32,937 nt of DNA from Methanomassiliicoccales archaeon (lineage in GTDB: Archaea > Thermoplasmatota > Thermoplasmata > SG8-5), in assembly GCA_030636255.1 (NCBI GenBank), contig DAOVXH010000002.1, positions 1 to 32,937 on the forward strand, read 5' to 3'. Every line of letters starts with the position of its first letter. Position 1 is the stretch's first letter. Below, one piece after another: positions 27,862 through 32,937 of this stretch. The notes under the pieces were generated by a model. It was not told the origin of the DNA, made no database searches, and saw nothing but the letters and a program-made list of their open reading frames with translations. The position numbers and the translations under genes were made by a program.

Positions 27862-28116
27862 TTAGAGATTTTTTATCATGTCGGAAACAAAGTTCTTGAG
27901 CTCATCATCATCTGGTATGGTCAATGACTTCTTGAACCTTGCACTTCCGTCTGGCAGGAAATATCCTCTAGATACGGAAATGAACTCATTCACTCCGTCA
28001 TCTGTAACTGCCTTCTTCCTGGCCACTTCCAAGAAGTTGTTTCTTCCAAAATTCTTTCTCTCTGATCCTATGGTCTCAAATTCGACACTCGCTTTTGGTG
28101 CGTAATCATCTGACAT
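27862..28116 (-). CDS. Small protein with a possible PC4/PUR-like nucleic-acid-binding fold
   Basis: 84 aa with its own TATA box and GAGGGA RBS; pattern of several beta-strands (FLEVARKK, EFISVSRGY, RFKKSLTIP) and one C-terminal helix. The fold is an inference. Confidence 0.7.
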   Translation of the reverse strand: MSDDYAPKASVEFETIGSERKNFGRNNFLEVARKKAVTDDGVNEFISVSRGYFLPDGSARFKKSLTIPDDDELKNFVSDMIKNL

Positions 28117-28179
28117 TTTTTATCCCTCATATATTTTTTTGCACCCTCGGTAGGGTTGAAGGCGGAGATTTCCTTATTT

Positions 28180-28191
28180 ATTATAAAGGTT
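28180..28191 (-). promoter_or_regulatory. BRE/TATA box (AAACCTTTATAA) for the 84-aa gene, possibly also the FKBP gene
   Basis: Consensus-like archaeal TATA ~65 nt upstream of the ATG, followed by a short leader hairpin ACCCT-ACCG-AGGGT (28143-28156). Confidence 0.55.
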
Positions 28192-28219
28192 TGTATTGGA
28201 TAACTATATTAATAGATAT

Positions 28220-29182
28220 TTATCTCTGAATTTCCTTGCCTATTAGAGCAAAGAAGGCAATAAGTGATTCCAACTGGATGCGGCTATTGCTTCCCTCAAC
28301 CATGCGGAATTCTACCTCTCCCATCTTATCCATGAGCCTGACCTTTCCCAATTCGGAGATTTCCAGCTCAAAGACGCTGCGATGCATCTGACGTATCACA
28401 TCCTCGCCAGAAAGCCCATACTCAACAAGCAGCTTGTCCAGTGAGTCCCTGGCTTCAACAAATTTGCCTTCCAGTGCCAGTTCCATCATTTTCATTATGT
28501 CCTTTGGCCGGCCGGTGGCACTTGTCTTGAACACAGTGTCAGAATCAACCTTTCCTCCAAGTGCAGAGGATACCTGAAATACATTTGTTGCCTTTCTCAG
28601 ATCGCCGCCAGCCACGTAAAGGAGGGCTTCCAGACCATCATCTGTGATTTCAATTTTTTCTGCCTTGGCAATGCGCTTTATGTATTCGATAACGTCCTTT
28701 GGAAGCAGGGGCCTGAATCTAAAAACAGCGCATCTGGACTGAATCGGGTCAATGATTTTTGAAGAATAATTGCATGATAGAACGAAACGACATGTACCGG
28801 AGTACTTTTCCATGGTCCTGCGAAGGGCGGCCTGGGCGTCCGAGGTCAGTGCATCGGCCTCGTCCAGGAAGATAATCTTGAAAGAAGTGGCACCCAGTGG
28901 AGCGGTCCTGGCAAAGTCCTTTATTGTCTTGCGAACAACATCAATACCTCTCTGGTCAGAAGCATTTAGCTCCTGAAAATTAGTGTGCCAGTCATCACCG
29001 AACATCTGCTTGGTAAGTGCAATGGCGCAGGTGGTTTTTCCGGTTCCAGCAGGTCCAGCGAACATTAGATGGGGCATATTAGTGGTGCCAACATATGCCT
29101 TCAAACGTTCAACTATCTCAGTATGACCAACAACATCTTCTAGAATTTTCGGGCGGTATTTCTCAATCCACAGTTCTTTCAT
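28220..29182 (-). CDS. rfcS: Replication factor C small subunit (no intein)
   Basis: WIEKYRP, GPAGTGKT, ELNASD.RGIDVVR, FLDEADALT.DAQ.ALRRTME and IQSRC. Confidence 0.97.
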   Translation of the reverse strand: MKELWIEKYRPKILEDVVGHTEIVERLKAYVGTTNMPHLMFAGPAGTGKTTCAIALTKQMFGDDWHTNFQELNASDQRGIDVVRKTIKDFARTAPLGATSFKIIFLDEADALTSDAQAALRRTMEKYSGTCRFVLSCNYSSKIIDPIQSRCAVFRFRPLLPKDVIEYIKRIAKAEKIEITDDGLEALLYVAGGDLRKATNVFQVSSALGGKVDSDTVFKTSATGRPKDIMKMMELALEGKFVEARDSLDKLLVEYGLSGEDVIRQMHRSVFELEISELGKVRLMDKMGEVEFRMVEGSNSRIQLESLIAFFALIGKEIQR

Positions 29183-29190
29183 GAGACCAC

Positions 29191-30990
29191 CTATTTATTG
29201 ACAACTACCTGGAACTCAGGAGTATCTCTGACCTGATCGAAGGACGGGTCAGTCTTTGCCCTTTCCCTGAACTCCTCTTCAATATCAGCCGAACGGGTAA
29301 GGAAAGGCACTACCAGCTTCAAATTACCCTTCATGGCCTCTGCTGTGGACTTGTAATACCATGCAGCGGCATTGTTCATCTCTCTCTTCACCACTTCATT
29401 GAGGGAAGCAGTACAATCGTCGTATCTACCGGCCTTGAAATGGGCCGCTCCCTTGGTCAGGTACGCATCTATATCATCACCGTCAATGGCAATAAGCTGG
29501 TCAAAGGTTGCAATAGCATCATCATATTTTTCCAGTACAAATTGCACTGAGCCCTTGTTATGCAATGCAACAGTATCGGTAGATACCAGCTCCACTGATT
29601 TTGTGAAATATTCAAGCGCCTTATCATAATCATCATTTTCGAAATAATGGTCTCCAGCATCATTGTAAAGGCCGGCATTGTCCGGGTCTGCTGCTATCTT
29701 TGTTTCCCACGGGCCCATCTGCTCAGGTTCAGCTACGGGTTCTTCCACAACAGGTTCCGGTGCCGGTTCCTCAGCGACCTCTGGAGCAGCTACTGGTTCT
29801 TCCATAACTGGCTCTGGTGCAGGCTCTTCCATAACAGGTGCTTCCTCCTGTGCTGGCTCTGCTACTTCCATAGGCACTTCCACAACTACTTCTGGAGCAG
29901 GTTCTTCTGCCACTGGTTCATCTGAACTCGATGGCTCTTCAATAACTGGTTCTGGTTCGGCTGGTGCCAGTTCAATCTCCGGCTCTTCCATTGGCACTGG
30001 TGTTGCCTCCACGGAAATATCTGGTGCTATCACTTCAGCCTCTGGTGCAGGTTCTTCTATTGCAATCTCCGCAACAGCAGGTTCTGCTCCGGCAGGCCTG
30101 AGCTCTGCCAATTTGGACTTGTAATCTTCATTGTCCGGTGCCAGACTGGTTAATTTCTGATAAATTTCAGTGGCTTCGTCACTCTTTCCCTCTGACAGGA
30201 GATGTTCTACTTTCTTTTCCAGAAGGCCTATATCATCTGGCCTCAGTTCAAGAAGCTTGTCAACAGCTGTCATATTATTGGGATTCAGTTCCAGAACCTT
30301 CTCATATACCTCTGGTTCCTTCACCAGGTAGCCCAGTCTAAGGTATGCCTCTATTGCATCCGAGGTATTGCCCTCGGCAACAAGGAGCTCAGCACGCTTT
30401 CGCCACAGCCCAGGATCCTTTGGATTCTTTTTGAGCTTGTTTGTGATGGTTTCCAGGTCTACCGGAGATAATTCATCCAGCTTATTTTTGAACTCCTGGT
30501 TATCAGGTGCTATCTCCACCATCTTTTCCAACATCTCAGCAGCATCGTCCTCTTTTTTGCTCATAATGAGAGCATCAACCTTATTCTCCATGGCCTCAAG
30601 GTTATTTTCCTCGTATTTCAGAACCTCATCAAAGCACATGACTGCATAATTCAACATTGCGCCACTCTTCATGTGGACAATACCACGACTCATCCAGGCA
30701 TCAGTATTCTTGGGATTAAGTTGGGTTGCCTTGTCAAAACATTCAACTGCCCTATCTGGTTCTCCAGTTTCAAAGAGACCATGGCCAGTTCTTGTGAAAA
30801 GTGATGAGTATTCCTCTGGATTTTCTGCAATTCCTTCTTCCCGGTAAAGATATCTATGGCCACGTCTGTATTCAGAAGCTGCCTTGTCAAGGTCACCACC
30901 TTTCAGATGGGCGTCCGCCTCGTCAAGCAGTTCCTCGATGGCTGCAACGGCCTTGCTTTTTTTATCTTTCTTACCACCAAAAATAGGCAT
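29191..30990 (-). CDS. TPR-repeat protein with a central Glu/Pro/Ala-rich linker
   Basis: TPR motifs (AVECFDKATQLNPKNTDAW, ALEYFTKSVEL, AAAWYY); C-terminal 'AKTDPSFDQVR' capping motif; 8 nt upstream of rfcS. Confidence 0.88.
   Translation of the reverse strand: MPIFGGKKDKKSKAVAAIEELLDEADAHLKGGDLDKAASEYRRGHRYLYREEGIAENPEEYSSLFTRTGHGLFETGEPDRAVECFDKATQLNPKNTDAWMSRGIVHMKSGAMLNYAVMCFDEVLKYEENNLEAMENKVDALIMSKKEDDAAEMLEKMVEIAPDNQEFKNKLDELSPVDLETITNKLKKNPKDPGLWRKRAELLVAEGNTSDAIEAYLRLGYLVKEPEVYEKVLELNPNNMTAVDKLLELRPDDIGLLEKKVEHLLSEGKSDEATEIYQKLTSLAPDNEDYKSKLAELRPAGAEPAVAEIAIEEPAPEAEVIAPDISVEATPVPMEEPEIELAPAEPEPVIEEPSSSDEPVAEEPAPEVVVEVPMEVAEPAQEEAPVMEEPAPEPVMEEPVAAPEVAEEPAPEPVVEEPVAEPEQMGPWETKIAADPDNAGLYNDAGDHYFENDDYDKALEYFTKSVELVSTDTVALHNKGSVQFVLEKYDDAIATFDQLIAIDGDDIDAYLTKGAAHFKAGRYDDCTASLNEVVKREMNNAAAWYYKSTAEAMKGNLKLVVPFLTRSADIEEEFRERAKTDPSFDQVRDTPEFQVVVNK
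29700..30100 (-). repeat. Low-complexity coding repeats (EEPAPE / PV.EEP)
   Basis: PVAEEPAPE, PVMEEPAPE, PVMEEPVAAPE, VAEEPAPE and PVVEEPVAEPE within the TPR protein. Confidence 0.75.
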
Positions 30991-31165
30991 CTCACAATCT
31001 CCGTATGTCTCTCATCAAATATACAGTCTCAGTAATTGTTTAATTGTTTATAAACCCTTCGTCAGATGAGCCATTGGACATAATATAGCCTGCCCTCACG
31101 GAATAGATTAATTTGCAAAAAATCAGGCCGCAAAGTTAATTATCCTTTGAAGTTTCGCCTTCACC

Positions 31166-31672
31166 ATGGTGGAGAGACTAATACGCAGGTCCAGGTCAAG
31201 GCTAAGAAGGCCATTGCCGCCTCCCCCGAAGGAGCCAGTGCCACATATCCCAAAAAAACCAATACTGGCCTCAACTGGAACCAGGGTTGATAGATTGTGT
31301 GCAATTTGTCTGGGAAAGCTCAGCCCTGGAGTTGCCATAACATTCTGTAATTGTGGTAAATTCTTTCATCTGGATTGTATTTCCGAGGTGAAAATCTGTC
31401 CAATATGCCAGGAGGAGATGGAATTCAGCCATATTGTGGTTGAGGAGGATGCCGCCCCCCAGGACCAGGAAATTACCGATTATGAGGAAGATATTATTGA
31501 GTTAGTGTTCCAGTGCCCCTTGTGCCAGGAATATGTTGATGAGGATGCTGCGGAGTGCAAATGCGGAGCGCAGTTTGACACGGAAGTGGAAATATACACA
31601 TGCCCAGAATGTGATGAAGAAGTCGAGCCAGATGTTTCTGCCTGTCCACATTGCAATGTTGACTTCGGATGA
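31166..31672 (+). CDS. C4HC3 RING-like finger plus double zinc-ribbon protein
   Basis: CAIC-x12-CNC-x4-H-x2-C-x6-CPIC, acidic linker, then CPLC..CKC..CPEC..CPHC. TATA-like TTAATTA ~25-30 nt before the ATG suggests a leaderless mRNA. Confidence 0.8.
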   Translation: MVERLIRRSRSRLRRPLPPPPKEPVPHIPKKPILASTGTRVDRLCAICLGKLSPGVAITFCNCGKFFHLDCISEVKICPICQEEMEFSHIVVEEDAAPQDQEITDYEEDIIELVFQCPLCQEYVDEDAAECKCGAQFDTEVEIYTCPECDEEVEPDVSACPHCNVDFG

Positions 31673-31783
31673 CTACACTGCGTGTAATCACCCTCTCGTG
31701 AATTATTGCTTTTTTATTGCCGATAGAAAAATTCATGATTTGATAGAACAAAACGTTAATACCGGAAGCTTATCCACCCTCAT

Positions 31784-32020
31784 ATGCGAGCAGATGTCCG
31801 CATTGATGCTGAAGATAAAGCTCAAATGCTGGCCAATGCCCTCCGGCCGGAAATGGAACAAGAGGTTTCCAGAACCAGAGTAGATATTAGGGCAGAAGGC
31901 AGTGAGCTAATAATCAGCATACAGGCAGAGGATGTGGTGGCCCTTAGGGCGTCCCTGAATTCCTACCTTCGGTGGACAAAGCTTGCAATTGACAGTCAAG
32001 AAGCAATTGGAGATGAATAA
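31784..32020 (+). CDS. pcc1: KEOPS complex subunit Pcc1
   Basis: ALRPE...SRT...L.I.I.A.D..ALRASLNSYLRW signature; located upstream of pfdB as in other archaea. Confidence 0.92.
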   Translation: MRADVRIDAEDKAQMLANALRPEMEQEVSRTRVDIRAEGSELIISIQAEDVVALRASLNSYLRWTKLAIDSQEAIGDE

Positions 32021-32021
32021 G

Positions 32022-32378
32022 ATGGCAGCAGATATGGATGCAGAGATGCAGAACAAGCTCATGCAATTTCAACAGGTCCAGCAACAGGTCCAGGTTATTG
32101 CCCAGCAAAAATACCAGATTGACGTTCAGGTTACAGAGATTGAAAAGACCATGGATGAACTGGACAAGGTAAAGAAAGGCGCAGAGATTTACAAGAGCGT
32201 TGGAACAATTCTCGTGAGAAATGATGACAAGGATACCTTGAAAAAGGAGCTGGAAGAGAAGAAAGAGACCCTGGAAATACGCATAAAAACCCTGACAAAA
32301 CAGGAAAAGACACTCAGGGAAATGCATCAGAACCTTCAGGAAGAGCTCACAAAGGCATTCCAGAAAGAGCAAGCATGA
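32022..32378 (+). CDS. pfdB: Prefoldin subunit beta
   Basis: QQVQQQVQVIAQQKYQ coiled coil, IYKSVGTILV hairpin and ELEEKKETLEIRIKTL.KQE. Start is ATG 32022 or 32013. Confidence 0.95.
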   Translation: MAADMDAEMQNKLMQFQQVQQQVQVIAQQKYQIDVQVTEIEKTMDELDKVKKGAEIYKSVGTILVRNDDKDTLKKELEEKKETLEIRIKTLTKQEKTLREMHQNLQEELTKAFQKEQA

Positions 32379-32937
32379 GCAAAAGTCCAGCAGAAATAAT
32401 CAGAACCGACCTTGAGAAGCAAAACAAGGTCATTTTTCTTCATTCCAATGCAGATTTGGACTCGGTTGGCAGTGCAATTGCCATCCAGTTATTTTTTGGC
32501 AATGCCAGATTATGCGCACCGGCTGGAGTATCCCATCTCGGTAAAAAATTACTGAACGATATGGACATTGATTTTTCAGAGCAGTTTGACCTTCAGGACG
32601 AGCTGCCAGTTATTGTAGATGCACATGGAGATTCCTCCCTGGGCTATGGTGGAATTGACTGGCCAGAGGCAGTAATCATTGACCATCACCGATTAATGGG
32701 TGAACTGATTGCCAAAGATTCATACCTTGACGAAACAGCAACCTCGACCTGCGAATTGATATGGGAAGTTTTAGGAAAGCCAAAGGAACTGGATGAGAAA
32801 ATAGGCATGGCATTGATGGCAGGAATTCTTGCAGATACCGGTCATTTGAGAAGAGGCTCACACAGAACACTGGCAGCTGCCTCGGAGATACTTTTAGCAT
32901 CTAATTTGTGCATGGACGACCTTGTTCAGGTATTTGA
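32375..32937 (+). CDS. DHH-family phosphoesterase, 5' part (runs off the window)
   Basis: Translated by hand from ATG 32375 (ATGA overlap with pfdB): HSNADLDSVGSA, IVDAH, IIDHH, STCELI and GILADTGH. Confidence 0.92.
   Translation, partial: MSKSPAEIIRTDLEKQNKVIFLHSNADLDSVGSAIAIQLFFGNARLCAPAGVSHLGKKLLNDMDIDFSEQFDLQDELPVIVDAHGDSSLGYGGIDWPEAVIIDHHRLMGELIAKDSYLDETATSTCELIWEVLGKPKELDEKIGMALMAGILADTGHLRRGSHRTLAAASEILLASNLCMDDLVQVF

Noticed and set aside
28220-29182. Intein in rfcS, a common insertion site in archaea
   Set aside because: The 320-aa protein is contiguous through Walker A and the sensor motifs.
29678-30124. Ser/Gly/Thr-rich 148-aa ORF on the + strand resembling an adhesin or ice-nucleation repeat
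   Set aside because: It is the antisense reading of the EEPAPE linker of the TPR gene.
1-32937. CRISPR arrays, IS elements, rRNA, SRP or RNase P RNA
   Set aside because: No regularly spaced repeats, transposase ORFs, terminal inverted repeats or conserved RNA signatures were seen by eye.

Overview
Archaeal chromosomal segment, most consistent with Thermoplasmatota (inferred from gene content, GGTGA/GGAG ribosome-binding sites and TATA-type promoters). In order, it contains: the 5' part of a STAND/AAA_16-type ATPase gene; a small Ig-fold membrane protein; a ~2380-aa AglB/STT3 oligosaccharyltransferase; tRNA-Arg(CCT) with a highly structured ~140-nt region upstream; a secreted beta-helix protein with nested endonuclease I and lamin-tail domains; a DUF362 Fe-S protein; two tandem glutamine synthetases; a pycB-pycA-cupin-birA cluster; a 1580-aa helical-repeat protein ending in a RING-like finger; a PAP2 enzyme; a membrane-anchored FKBP; a small PC4/PUR-like protein; rfcS; a TPR protein; a RING-like/zinc-ribbon protein; and pcc1-pfdB-DHH. 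No integrase, transposase or CRISPR array was seen. The strongest leads are the expanded, possibly two-subunit OST locus, a longin/roadblock-like domain inserted inside the ATPase, two cargo domains inserted at the same loop of a beta-helix scaffold, a pair of identically spaced C4HC3 fingers on scaffold-like proteins, and a candidate structured RNA next to the tRNA. All domain calls were made by eye; no database searches were run.
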